Virus record (IMG/VR): IMGVR_UViG_3300023196_002944
Location: 8,655-72,654 of that record
Length of the DNA stretch: 64,000 nucleotides
Reading direction: 5' to 3' (one strand)
Source of the DNA: a virus
Below, piece by piece: positions 39,557 to 49,028 of the stretch. The translations under genes and the position numbers were made by a program. The notes under the pieces were generated by a model. The model was not told the origin of the DNA. It did not search any database and saw nothing but the letters and a program-made list of their open reading frames with translations. Every line of letters begins with the position of its first letter. The stretch's first letter is position 1.

Positions 39557-39975
39557 TAGTCAGGTACCGTTGTTTCAACATAGAGACTGCCGTCAGTGAT
39601 GTTTTCTATGTTGTGACCTGAAGTAAACATGTGTTCGTGATCTTCAATGGCTTGTAAAATATCTGGTATTTTTACTTTAAGGGCACGAGAAACACGACGT
39701 ACAGTTGGAAATTCTGTTTTGTCTTTTTTCTGAAAGAATTTTTCTGTGTAGTTGTAAACTAACTTGGGCAGATTATTCATTCTTTCTAATCTGCGTTGAT
39801 TTGCTTTTATCTTAATTTTGTCTTTTGCACGTTCTCTAATTGAAAAGGAGTCATATTGCATACAGGCACGTAAAAGATTGGCACGAATAGAATTGAACCC
39901 GCTTTTGATGATGTCGTCAGCAATCCAGCGGGTGTTTTCTTCTAAGAGTTTATTGAGTTCTATCGGTATGCCCAT
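39556..39975 (-). CDS. Hypothetical protein with a possible C-terminal winged HTH
   Basis: FPTVRRVSRALKVKIPDIL segment. Confidence 0.55.
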   Translation of the reverse strand: MGIPIELNKLLEENTRWIADDIIKSGFNSIRANLLRACMQYDSFSIRERAKDKIKIKANQRRLERMNNLPKLVYNYTEKFFQKKDKTEFPTVRRVSRALKVKIPDILQAIEDHEHMFTSGHNIENITDGSLYVETTVPD

Positions 39976-40460
39976 CAGAAGTTTCCTTTCTCCACTTGCA
40001 GAGTCTTGATGCCGAGGTCACGCCACATCTCCACGACTTGGGTACGGTCGTCGACAGCAAAGAGAATTTCACGATCTATGAAGTAAGCATCGTGAATTTC
40101 TTTTTTGATGACATAGTCGGCGCGGTAGTCTTTATTTTTACGCATATGCAGGAAGTGAAAAAATACGCCGTGATCTTCAAGCCAGTTAATAGTTTTCTCA
40201 CGACTGCTTTCCATGCGACCAGAAGTTAAATGAATTTCGTAGCCGGCAAAATAAATCATTTGGTTTAAGCGGTAGATAGGATCGATCAACGTGTCCTTGG
40301 CGATCTCGGAGTCGGAGTGAAATTTCTTCCAGTCAGGCTTGAAGTTGACTTGGACATCGACGAGCGAGGGTTTGATAAGGTGTAGACGGTGAGTGATGTC
40401 AGCGAGTGTGCCATCGATATCCATGATGACTATTGAAGGGGGTGTATTGTAATTACCCAT
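39975..40460 (-). CDS. HAD-family phosphatase (T4 PseT/PNKP phosphatase-domain-like)
   Basis: DIDGTLA, TSGR, DYVIKKEI, VDDRTQVVEMWRDLGI. Confidence 0.88.
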   Translation of the reverse strand: MGNYNTPPSIVIMDIDGTLADITHRLHLIKPSLVDVQVNFKPDWKKFHSDSEIAKDTLIDPIYRLNQMIYFAGYEIHLTSGRMESSREKTINWLEDHGVFFHFLHMRKNKDYRADYVIKKEIHDAYFIDREILFAVDDRTQVVEMWRDLGIKTLQVEKGNF

Positions 40461-40785
40461 TTTTTTCTGCCTTTTTTAGTTCTTCTATTGCATGGAAGGA
40501 TTCTGCAGATAATGAGTCGAGTTCGATTTTCATATACATTTGAATTGAATGTAGATCGGAGATTGACGGTTGGCGTACACGGAAATTTAGATACGCGCAT
40601 AACAATAAATTGGCTGATGTGTATTCAGCAAGGGCAGCTATAGTAAGTTTAGAAGGTTGAACCTGCATACGTTTGGGAGCGCCACGAAGAAATTTGTAGA
40701 ATTCTTTTGTGTCTTCGCATTCATCGATAACTTTGGTCAGAGTGTCGGTGAGTGCCTGAATGAATTTGCCGCTGTCGAGTTCCAT
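40453..40785 (-). CDS. Hypothetical protein
   Basis: Likely start MELDSG; ORF in the operon. Confidence 0.55.
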   Translation of the reverse strand: MELDSGKFIQALTDTLTKVIDECEDTKEFYKFLRGAPKRMQVQPSKLTIAALAEYTSANLLLCAYLNFRVRQPSISDLHSIQMYMKIELDSLSAESFHAIEELKKAEKNG

Positions 40786-41186
40786 AGTATTTTGCTCTCG
40801 GTTGCTTGGTGGGTGATCCATGCAATGACATCTTGACGTGTCAGTGGCATGGTGGTGGTGTCGATAGTGTTGTACCAGTCACGGTTCAAAAGAATGATGC
40901 TTCGTTTCATATCAGAAAGGATGACACCGACATTGCGCCCTTCGGCATAACGTCCATCAATCCAACGAAGTTGTTTGCCAGATAGGCAGGGAACGTGAGT
41001 GCGAGTAACTAGGTTAATGGACTTGGGTAGTTTTTCTGCAAATTTGAATTCAATCCAGAAGTCACGTGCTGTACCGGAGAAGTAAGCATCAAGTATGCCC
41101 GATGTGATGTTGTCGTGGATTTTCCACGCATACACCACACCGGGCAACTTTCCGGTTATGGTCCTCGTATGTGAGGACTCGTTCAT
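40737..41186 (-). CDS. VRR-NUC-like PD-(D/E)xK nuclease / possible resolvase
   Basis: MNE...GILDAYF...WIEFK...LSGKQLRW. Confidence 0.7.
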   Translation of the reverse strand: MNESSHTRTITGKLPGVVYAWKIHDNITSGILDAYFSGTARDFWIEFKFAEKLPKSINLVTRTHVPCLSGKQLRWIDGRYAEGRNVGVILSDMKRSIILLNRDWYNTIDTTTMPLTRQDVIAWITHQATESKILWNSTAANSFRHSPTL

Positions 41187-41189
41187 GGT

Positions 41190-41864
41190 TTAGTCGGATT
41201 CAGGCTCTGGTTCCGACCACAGTAACGGTTGCGCTTCCGCATGTAGCGGGTAGCACGCGTCCAGATTCTCGTTTTTGCCGATGTCATTGAAGAGAAGGTT
41301 TGGATAAACCTCATTCTTGTTGAAGCTGATTTCAGTGACTACAGCAATCGGAGTTGAATTGGTCGCTATGTTGATACGCTCGACATAAGCTGCCCAACCT
41401 GTAAGTCCCTTGGGGGCGACTTTCAGGATCATCACATCATTACCGTGTTTCGGGTTGGCGGGAACCACGGCAAGACGTGCGTAGTTGGTACAAGCTTTAC
41501 CTCGCTTGTTGGCAGCAGACTTATACTGATTCATTGGACAGTTAAAGCAGAGGTCATTCTGCTTGTTCTTTTTCTCGACATTCTCGCTTGGTGCGAGTTC
41601 TTTGACTTTACGAGCAAGTGCCCAACAGACAGGCGGGGAGTATACTCCCGGTACCCAGTCGTCGATGTAATACGCGTAGAAGTTTACAAAGTCGAGAATG
41701 ACGACGTTCAGCGGGCCGGGTTCAGATCGGCCGTTGGGTAGAGTGAACATCTTGCCCTCAGTTGAGATGTTAAACCCGGCAGGTTGCGGAAGAGAGTCCG
41801 CGAGATTTTCAGACTGTTCTGCGATTTGTTTCTGAATTTGAGTTGCAATATCGGTTCCACTCAT
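41190..41864 (-). CDS. Putative ssDNA-binding/annealing protein (Zn-binding)
   Basis: PVCW, CFNCPMNQYKS, GKAC and an acidic tail; located in the helicase/nuclease cluster. Confidence 0.6.
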   Translation of the reverse strand: MSGTDIATQIQKQIAEQSENLADSLPQPAGFNISTEGKMFTLPNGRSEPGPLNVVILDFVNFYAYYIDDWVPGVYSPPVCWALARKVKELAPSENVEKKNKQNDLCFNCPMNQYKSAANKRGKACTNYARLAVVPANPKHGNDVMILKVAPKGLTGWAAYVERINIATNSTPIAVVTEISFNKNEVYPNLLFNDIGKNENLDACYPLHAEAQPLLWSEPEPESD

Positions 41865-42247
41865 TGCTTTCCACCTCGGTTATATGACAGTTTTCGCGTT
41901 GTGATGGGCTTTACACCCGGAATTACCGAACCTAACTTGATCATTTCCAGTACAGCTTTGGGAGCTAATCTGGCTTGGTACAAGAAAGGTTGGTTCGTTT
42001 CGACGACGTAATCACCAAAAGCTTGTGGGTCTTCCAGTGCCACAGTTTCATTTTCAGAAAAGAAGGCAGAGCCTAGATTCCCACGTGCAAGGTCGAGGCC
42101 AATAGCATCGAGATTGCTGGCAATAGACTCTTGGATTAGTTCAGCCTCCTTCTTTTTGTCACGAAGAGCGGCTTCAATGTCTGATTTTTCAGACAGAAGA
42201 GTCATCCACTGATCGATGAGGTTACCAAGGTTAACGGGGTCAGACAT
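41861..42247 (-). CDS. Conserved phage protein (N-terminal coiled coil, C-terminal IPGV)
   Basis: Typical partner gene upstream of the putative SSB. Confidence 0.6.
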   Translation of the reverse strand: MSDPVNLGNLIDQWMTLLSEKSDIEAALRDKKKEAELIQESIASNLDAIGLDLARGNLGSAFFSENETVALEDPQAFGDYVVETNQPFLYQARLAPKAVLEMIKLGSVIPGVKPITTRKLSYNRGGKQ

Positions 42248-42252
42248 TGGAC

Positions 42253-42492
42253 TTATGCCTTCTTTTTGGCCGCTTTCTTAACGGCTTTTCTGGGTGTGGC
42301 ACCGGCTTTGATCTTGGCTTCCAATTTGCCAAGGGTAACCGTTACATCGGCATTCTGAAGGGCGAGGGCTTCGACCTCCTTCATATCGCCAGCGGCGGCG
42401 GCGATGCCCATGTCAGTGCGGTTGGCGTCCTGTGCCAGCTTGAGTGCATCATGCATCATGCGAAACTCATCGGTGCTGAAACGTACATTCAT
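42253..42492 (-). CDS. Hypothetical protein with a basic tail
   Basis: 79 aa ending KAVKKAAKKKA. Confidence 0.6.
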   Translation of the reverse strand: MNVRFSTDEFRMMHDALKLAQDANRTDMGIAAAAGDMKEVEALALQNADVTVTLGKLEAKIKAGATPRKAVKKAAKKKA

Positions 42493-42667
42493 TTGTTGTC
42501 TTCCTTCATGTTGATTGTGAAATTCAGGTCACGTCGTTTTCCATATCCGTGAGTTTCACGAAAACGGAGCAGGGCTATCCGCTCGACCTGAGTGATGGTG
42601 TAGCCCTGTGTATCAAACTTAACTTCGTCAGATGTTTTCACGCAGAATGCTCTAACATTCCAATATA

Positions 42668-44035
42668 TTAATATTGCTGACTTACTAACATTAGAAGGTC
42701 GTCGAGGGTTCCTTGCTTTTCTTGTAACCGATTGTACACTTCGGTTTCTATCGTGTCCAATGCGCATATGTGTATGGTCTCCGTTTTGCGGGTTTGGCCG
42801 GCGCGATAGATGCGCTTGTTAAACTGTAGATAGTGTTCAAGGTTATAAGTTGGGCTGGTCCAGATAGTAGTTGTTCCCCGCGTTAGAGTGAGGCCGTGGG
42901 CACCAGTTTGTGGGTGAGCAAAGATGATTCTAAGCTCCCCTCGTTGAAACGCTTCTACGGCTTCTAAACGAGTGTCATCACTGGTGTCTCCGTCGATAAC
43001 AGCAAATGTGAATCCTCTTTTGGCAGCTAGCTCAGTCAGCTTGTCACGTTGGTGTTTCCATAAGAAAGCAATGACGCATTGTTGACGTTCTTCTACAAGG
43101 TCCATGATCAATTCATAGCGATCTTCAAACATGCAGTGCATACCACCTGTCTGGTCGTAGACAGTTCCGGCTGTGATCTGCAGAAGTTTATTCATAAAAT
43201 CTGCTGCATGGACTGGATCGATAGAACCGGGAACTGGGTTGCCAAAATCCATAAATTTTTTGGCGATAAATTCTTGGTACTCCATTAAGACATGAGCTGG
43301 AATTTCGGTTTCGATGTTGTGAACGGAGTGTGGAGGAATGTCGATACATTCTTCAAAGATATGACGAATGGTGCAGTCAGATATCATTCCGCTAACGGCA
43401 TCTACAGCACCGGGTTTGTCAATCCAGCGAACCATTTTAGCGTCGCGTCCTACTTGCTGGGGTGCGCAGGTTGCCATACGAAAACCGTAGAAACTTTTGC
43501 CTAGACGTTCTCCTTCATCAAGGATGAACATTTGTGCCCATATATCAAGTACGGTATTAGGAATGGCTGTACCTGACATTAGGTAAATGTGTTTGAAATA
43601 TTGCCGCATGTTGAATACAGCTTTGGTGCGTTTAGACCCTGGATTTTTGAACGCCGTAGATTCATCTATGACCAAGATGCCGAAGTACCCATCGATCCAT
43701 TTAGGGTCAATGTAGCGGACGGCATCATGATTAGTGATGACAATGTCTGCTAGTTTATTTTTGAGGGCTTCTTCTCGGTTTTTATTTGTAGCAATGCAGA
43801 AGGTCATATGGGGGGCGTAGGTGCGAATGTCTTTGCCCCATGCCGCCCGTGTAATGGACTTTGGGCAAAGGACAAGAGCGCGACCACTGCCCTGTTTTTG
43901 CAGTGTGTCGATGGTATCGATTAATGAACGGGTTTTGCCAGTGCCCGGATCGGACATATCAAATCCGTAGGGCAAAGGAGATAAGTAATTAGTTGTTTTT
44001 ACTTGGTGGTCAAACTGGGGTGGGATCGCTAGCAT
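42668..44035 (-). CDS. SNF2-like (SF2) DNA helicase
   Basis: DPGTGKT, VIDES, MSGT, GAHGLTL, QFNKRIYRAGQ. Confidence 0.92.
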   Translation of the reverse strand: MLAIPPQFDHQVKTTNYLSPLPYGFDMSDPGTGKTRSLIDTIDTLQKQGSGRALVLCPKSITRAAWGKDIRTYAPHMTFCIATNKNREEALKNKLADIVITNHDAVRYIDPKWIDGYFGILVIDESTAFKNPGSKRTKAVFNMRQYFKHIYLMSGTAIPNTVLDIWAQMFILDEGERLGKSFYGFRMATCAPQQVGRDAKMVRWIDKPGAVDAVSGMISDCTIRHIFEECIDIPPHSVHNIETEIPAHVLMEYQEFIAKKFMDFGNPVPGSIDPVHAADFMNKLLQITAGTVYDQTGGMHCMFEDRYELIMDLVEERQQCVIAFLWKHQRDKLTELAAKRGFTFAVIDGDTSDDTRLEAVEAFQRGELRIIFAHPQTGAHGLTLTRGTTTIWTSPTYNLEHYLQFNKRIYRAGQTRKTETIHICALDTIETEVYNRLQEKQGTLDDLLMLVSQQY

Positions 44036-44044
44036 TTTATTACC

Positions 44045-44761
44045 TCACATGAAATCTGGGCTATGTGGGCACTCATTGGAGTTGTTGGATGAGAATGGGC
44101 AATATCTGCAGTTCCATGCGTTGGGTTTTGCAGGAAACTCAGTAGCTGTAGTCATACATAAACCACGGTGCCAGAGTTTTTGTTCCATGTTTGTGATGGC
44201 TTCTTTATTGAAGCGTCTGTGAAACGGTTTGGTATTGGTTGAATCGAAGTACACAGCATAAAGGTCATAAGCTTCGATAGGAAATGGAAAGATGTGTTTA
44301 GCCGCGCAGCCATAAGCGATTAGTTGCTGCAAATGAACGACTTCTTTTCCTGTGCGTTTACCGGTTTTGTAATCGGTGATACTCAGGATGGCAAGTTCGG
44401 GGTTGTAGTGGCAGTAATCAGCACCGAAACGTGCCCACGCGTCGTCATCATAATAGCCTGTAGATTTTAGATCATTGTCGAGGCACCATTTAGTTTCTAC
44501 CCAAGTGTGTTTTGGGTACATCTCTATAGTGTCACGATATTCACTGAGTAAGTTTTTGTATGGCAAAAGACCTTCGGGAAGAGCAATTTTACCAAGAACA
44601 AAGTTCTCTGCCCATCCATGCCATTCGGTTCCACGAGCTAGTATCTCGTCTCGTTCTTGACTGGATTGGACGGGCAGTTTGTTTGGGCCATAAAGAAGAA
44701 GCGCTCGGTAAGGGCATTCTTCGAATTCTTTTAGACGACTCATTGACCAGCTTTTGATCAT
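44045..44761 (-). CDS. Cas4/RecB-like PD-(D/E)xK exonuclease
   Basis: WSMSRL...CP, RGTEWH, D...DYKTGK, QL..Y and terminal CRYCPF...C (Fe-S staple pattern). Confidence 0.85.
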   Translation of the reverse strand: MIKSWSMSRLKEFEECPYRALLLYGPNKLPVQSSQERDEILARGTEWHGWAENFVLGKIALPEGLLPYKNLLSEYRDTIEMYPKHTWVETKWCLDNDLKSTGYYDDDAWARFGADYCHYNPELAILSITDYKTGKRTGKEVVHLQQLIAYGCAAKHIFPFPIEAYDLYAVYFDSTNTKPFHRRFNKEAITNMEQKLWHRGLCMTTATEFPAKPNAWNCRYCPFSSNNSNECPHSPDFM

Positions 44762-45810
44762 ATGTTGCCTCCGGTGTTTTGGTTAAACCCCCATTCGTAT
44801 TGCATTACGCATTTCTCTTCAAGATCACTTAGAAAATCGTCATAGTCAAATCCAAGTGTAGAATAGATGTATTCAGCAGCGGCATCTGATTCATACTTGA
44901 GAAGTTCAGCAATGAGTTCTAGGTGTTCAACACGAGTTCGATCACGAATGGGTTTTGGTAGTGATTTAGTAGTTGCTGTTTTTGGTAACTGGCTTTCATA
45001 GCCAAAACCGTCGCGTGCACTGCCATAACTGTAAGTATAACGGTAGTTGTCTTCGGATGGATTACGTTTGACAGGAAGTTCATGCCATTTTATATCGATC
45101 AGTTTGTCGGTGAGTTGCACAAGGTATTCTACATTAAGGTGTTCGAATTTGCTGTGTTCCTCGTAGTATCCAATACTGATGTTGCTGCATTCGGGGACTA
45201 AGTGAACGTAGTTGGCGGTGTCAGTGAATGAACCAGTAGCAGGAGAGTGGCCCATATCTAGCTGTTTTGCCAAGGCATAGGCCCATTCTTGTGAACAGCA
45301 GACACCTGTCATTTGGCTGGTAATGATGTCTTTGGTGCCTTTGCGGTCGAATGCCAGAATCATATCAATGTCTTCTAACAGTTCGGGATTGAATTCAGCG
45401 ATTGCATCGCTGCCAATACCTCCCATTTCTTCTCCGACGTGGAATATGTATTGTCCCGGTACGTTGTACTTGATCAGCATTAACATGATCCATACACCTG
45501 CGCCGTCATCAGCACCTAAAACTCCCCCGTCGTGGTTAAAGATGGTGCAGGTGTCTTTGACTACAGCCAGTTGGTGACGAGTGTCTTTGTTGTGAACGGT
45601 ATCAAGATGGCAGGAAAAAGCATTGCGGTAATTTTCACCAATGCTGATTAGACGGTTGCCTGTACTATCAACAATGCATCCGGGGATTGGATCAATCCAG
45701 TCTTCTGCAAGTTGTGACTCATGTCTGCCGTTGTAAGGGCGTCCTGTGGAAAGAATGTTAAACAACGCAGGAACATTCAGTTCATATTTGGTGGGGGATA
45801 GTATTCTCAT
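44758..45810 (-). CDS. M28/M20-like Zn metallopeptidase/hydrolase
   Basis: CHLDTVH, LGADDGAG, GEEMGGIGS, FDRKG, FTD, NISIGYYEEH. Confidence 0.85.
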   Translation of the reverse strand: MRILSPTKYELNVPALFNILSTGRPYNGRHESQLAEDWIDPIPGCIVDSTGNRLISIGENYRNAFSCHLDTVHNKDTRHQLAVVKDTCTIFNHDGGVLGADDGAGVWIMLMLIKYNVPGQYIFHVGEEMGGIGSDAIAEFNPELLEDIDMILAFDRKGTKDIITSQMTGVCCSQEWAYALAKQLDMGHSPATGSFTDTANYVHLVPECSNISIGYYEEHSKFEHLNVEYLVQLTDKLIDIKWHELPVKRNPSEDNYRYTYSYGSARDGFGYESQLPKTATTKSLPKPIRDRTRVEHLELIAELLKYESDAAAEYIYSTLGFDYDDFLSDLEEKCVMQYEWGFNQNTGGNI

Positions 45811-48029
45811 CAGGCAACAACCTCTTCTGCTGTGGGTTCAATGGGCTCTGCATTGTCTTCCATGGCTTCATCGATTAGAGATTGAAGGCGCTTAAATTTA
45901 TCGAGAGTGAGATAGAATTCAATAGCATGAATAGACGTGATAACAGAATCACAGGTGTAAGGTAAGTTTTCTGGCTTACAAGGTTCAGTTCGATTTTCTT
46001 TACATGCTTTGAGGTATGAATAGACGATGTACTTATGTAGGGACTGGGTGATTTCAAGGGCGGGACAATTACATGAATCAAGAATATCAGCACCCATTAA
46101 AGAATTCGACAAGAATGAAGAGAAGTAAGTGTCGAGGGGAGTAATTGCCAGAGGTTGCGTACGATAGATGTCTTCGCTCACGTTGAAGTAGTGAGCAGAA
46201 TCAGTTTTGATGCATTTTACATCTTCTCCGTTAAATAGAAGGTCTGCGCAGAAGTGAAGGAGTGGTTCTGGGCGATCTGTGAATTCGGCTTCTTCTATAA
46301 AATCCATATCGCAGACAGCGAGTTTGCCGCCATCAACAGGGCCGATGATCATATCTTCATTTATAATATCACTGGTAAGCATGAATGTGACATCACCAGA
46401 ATCATTAAGAACAGGAAAGGCTTCATCATTCGGGATGTATTCACCGGAGATATCTTCAAGGAGATCATCTGCTCTCATGTAGTCGTCGTTATATTCACAG
46501 TACAGAAACCCGTTGTTTATGGCGGCTTCGTAGTTAACAAAGAATTGGTCTTGGCATTCTGATTTGACAAGGTCTTCATTGTTAATTTCGACCCAAGAAG
46601 TCCAGCCGTGTAAGTTGTGGGCCTCTACGAAGTAATTATCTATACATGACTGACATACATCTGTTCCGGTATGAATCGTAGTAAACTCGATATCACGGCG
46701 TTCTTCACACCATTCACAATACCGCCCTTGGTCAAAATGTGCATAGCCTTGTGTGGCGTCTGCATCAATTGTTTGCATATCTTCCATACTATCGTTAGAA
46801 GGTATAAACCATTCACCATCTGAGTCTTCTACTATGCCAAAAGCGTAGCAGAAGCCGTCAATATAAGGGAATACATAGGAGCCGCTACAGTAGTCGCCGT
46901 TATCAATGGCAGCAAGGCGACAACCATTTAAAGCTCTTTCGTTGTATCTGTAACCTAAGTCTTTTAGTAAACGACTGAGTACGCCTTCATCGCCATAAAC
47001 GCGGCCAAATACTTTATCATTTTTGTTAACTACAGCGCGTGCTGAATATCCCCTACTTCCGTTTTGGCGGCGTAAAGCAACAACGGTAGTATCAGGTGAG
47101 AAGTAGACGCGAGAGGGGTGGCAAACAGTTTCGAAGGTATGTGATCCATCCATGCAAGAACTGGGGCCGTCTTGGTAGATTTCTTCTGCGTCATCAGAAC
47201 TTTCTGCGAAGAAAAGACGTTGCATTGCTATGTCGGCTGTGAATGAAGCAACGGCGTCTTTGATTTGCTCATTATCCATAAATGGGAATTCACGTGAAAG
47301 ATACCGTCCCGGTCGTATGCTCAGTTGGCGATCTCCAATAAGATATTGGAGGTTGGGAGTATAGGCGATATTCTCCGGTTTGTTGCGTGCACGATGAACG
47401 AAGTGAGACGGCATTGTAGGAAAACAGGAAGGTGGCACCATGTCGATTAAACCAAGTGCTGACCGAAGATTTTCTCGGTGCATGGGCCAGTGATTACTCA
47501 TCTGGTTTTTTCCGATTATTCTACGGATGTAATAACCGATGTTGTGTGGGCGAGTAAAGGTGTCACTGGGGAAAAAGGCTGCAACGTATGGCAAAATGCT
47601 TCCTGTATTATTTAATACTGGAATAATTGATTTTAACATGTCAGGAGCCGTTTCCATGTTTGTTTCTTTCATAACTTTGATAGCACATTGTTCAAATTGA
47701 TCCATCATGGAATTTATATCTGAAGCAAGAGGGGATTCAAGTGCACTTAGAAGGGCGTACAGAGTATTTTCCCATGTGTGTTGATGAGCAAGAGCTACTA
47801 AAAGAGCGTGGTGATAGTTTCGATTGCGATCTGATTGGTCGCGGGGAGGCTCTCCATTGAATGAATCTAGTTCAATGACAGAAGAATCGTAGTCGGGAAG
47901 ATAAGGAACGAGACCGGATCGGATTATCGAATGTTCTTTGGGTATGAATCTGAGTGTTAGGTGCGAGAAAACTGGGCCGAGGAAGCCAACTGTCCAGAGA
48001 AGAAAGCGATGTTTACTATTGATTTTCAT
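45810..48029 (-). CDS. Large phage hypothetical protein with an SCM/ARA/RVYG/PYID core and a Cys-rich acidic region
   Basis: 739 aa with GPSSCM, YSARAVV, FGRVYGD, FPYIDG, CEWC, CQSC; translationally coupled to the peptidase. Confidence 0.7.
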   Translation of the reverse strand: MKINSKHRFLLWTVGFLGPVFSHLTLRFIPKEHSIIRSGLVPYLPDYDSSVIELDSFNGEPPRDQSDRNRNYHHALLVALAHQHTWENTLYALLSALESPLASDINSMMDQFEQCAIKVMKETNMETAPDMLKSIIPVLNNTGSILPYVAAFFPSDTFTRPHNIGYYIRRIIGKNQMSNHWPMHRENLRSALGLIDMVPPSCFPTMPSHFVHRARNKPENIAYTPNLQYLIGDRQLSIRPGRYLSREFPFMDNEQIKDAVASFTADIAMQRLFFAESSDDAEEIYQDGPSSCMDGSHTFETVCHPSRVYFSPDTTVVALRRQNGSRGYSARAVVNKNDKVFGRVYGDEGVLSRLLKDLGYRYNERALNGCRLAAIDNGDYCSGSYVFPYIDGFCYAFGIVEDSDGEWFIPSNDSMEDMQTIDADATQGYAHFDQGRYCEWCEERRDIEFTTIHTGTDVCQSCIDNYFVEAHNLHGWTSWVEINNEDLVKSECQDQFFVNYEAAINNGFLYCEYNDDYMRADDLLEDISGEYIPNDEAFPVLNDSGDVTFMLTSDIINEDMIIGPVDGGKLAVCDMDFIEEAEFTDRPEPLLHFCADLLFNGEDVKCIKTDSAHYFNVSEDIYRTQPLAITPLDTYFSSFLSNSLMGADILDSCNCPALEITQSLHKYIVYSYLKACKENRTEPCKPENLPYTCDSVITSIHAIEFYLTLDKFKRLQSLIDEAMEDNAEPIEPTAEEVVA

Positions 48030-48031
48030 GT

Positions 48032-48190
48032 TTAGTGTTCTCGTTTGATGGGTATATCTTTGTCATCAATGTTTTTGCTGATAGTATCTGCAATGTCGTG
48101 CAGTTTGTCTGCCAAGTCCTCCTTATCATCAGCATGTACAGTAATATCCAGTTTTAGTCGTCGTCGTTTTTGCTTTTTCTCGTCAGTCAT
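48032..48190 (-). CDS. 52-aa hypothetical protein (not in the ORF track)
   Basis: MTDEKKQKRRRLKLDITVHADDKEDLADKLHDIADTISKNIDDKDIPIKREH*; fills the gap between neighbours. Confidence 0.6.
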   Translation of the reverse strand: MTDEKKQKRRRLKLDITVHADDKEDLADKLHDIADTISKNIDDKDIPIKREH

Positions 48191-49028
48191 GTGTGTGTCT
48201 TCCGGCAAGCCCGTAGGGTGTGGTTATACCTGCTGCTTTCAGGCACGTGGTTGTGGGTTCGTGGAAATGTGGGCATTTCCATTGGCTGTAAATATTACGA
48301 CAAGTAAGTGGGAACGAAACATTTTTGTAGATGTTGTTGGTGTGACGATAGTGGTGGCCGAGACTGAGAAATTCGGGGGTCGCATCGGCTGCTAGATAGG
48401 CATTAGATGCGTAAGCACGAGCAGTTGCGTAACGATTTTCCCAGTCTGGATCATTGCGTTTGTTTTGGAACCAGCGAATGAAATCGCATCGCATTAATTC
48501 GTCTTGATGTATGGTCATAGGTTCAAATGGTGCTACAGGGATGACTGAAGCTGAAGGGGATGGAAGTGATTTCATAAACTCACGTATCCAGTAAGGTTCT
48601 GAATACACAACTGGTTGGGCGTAAAGCATTACAATATGCGGGATGTCGATGCGAGGGTAGACATTTAGCCCGCGCCGATGTCCTTCTTCCCATTTGAAGT
48701 AGTAGTGACGCCCGCCACTGGGGGTTTTTGTGTACTTGAACCAGAGCCACGGGATGCGGGAGATTGGCCTGAAGTCTTTGTTGACGGGAGTGTCAAAGTC
48801 GATGACGGTGATGCCGCTGGCTTTGCCGGTGAGGACGCAGTAGTGGCCTGTGTCGAATTTGGTGATGCTGCTCCAGAGTTCTTCTGGACTTGGTGGCTCC
48901 TGCTGATAGTGTTTCCAGCGGATTGCTGGCCTTTTTTCTTGTCTGATCGCTGGGAGAATGATCCATTTTTCCCTGAAGATTTTACGCCGGATGTACTCGC
49001 CATCGATGGGTGTGAGGTGGTCTGCCAT
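48183..49028 (-). CDS. Bifunctional primase-polymerase (Prim-Pol) with a Cys-rich C-terminal domain
   Basis: KRPAIRWK, TGKASGITVIDFD, TPSGGRHYYF; C-terminal C...PLTC...C...C; RBS ggagag. Confidence 0.82.
   Translation of the reverse strand: MADHLTPIDGEYIRRKIFREKWIILPAIRQEKRPAIRWKHYQQEPPSPEELWSSITKFDTGHYCVLTGKASGITVIDFDTPVNKDFRPISRIPWLWFKYTKTPSGGRHYYFKWEEGHRRGLNVYPRIDIPHIVMLYAQPVVYSEPYWIREFMKSLPSPSASVIPVAPFEPMTIHQDELMRCDFIRWFQNKRNDPDWENRYATARAYASNAYLAADATPEFLSLGHHYRHTNNIYKNVSFPLTCRNIYSQWKCPHFHEPTTTCLKAAGITTPYGLAGRHTHD

Noticed and set aside
42489-42767. 92-aa ORF overlapping the helicase 3' end
   Set aside because: The 100-nt overlap and lack of a clear start make it doubtful; a shorter gene may fill 42489-42650 but cannot be fixed from sequence alone.
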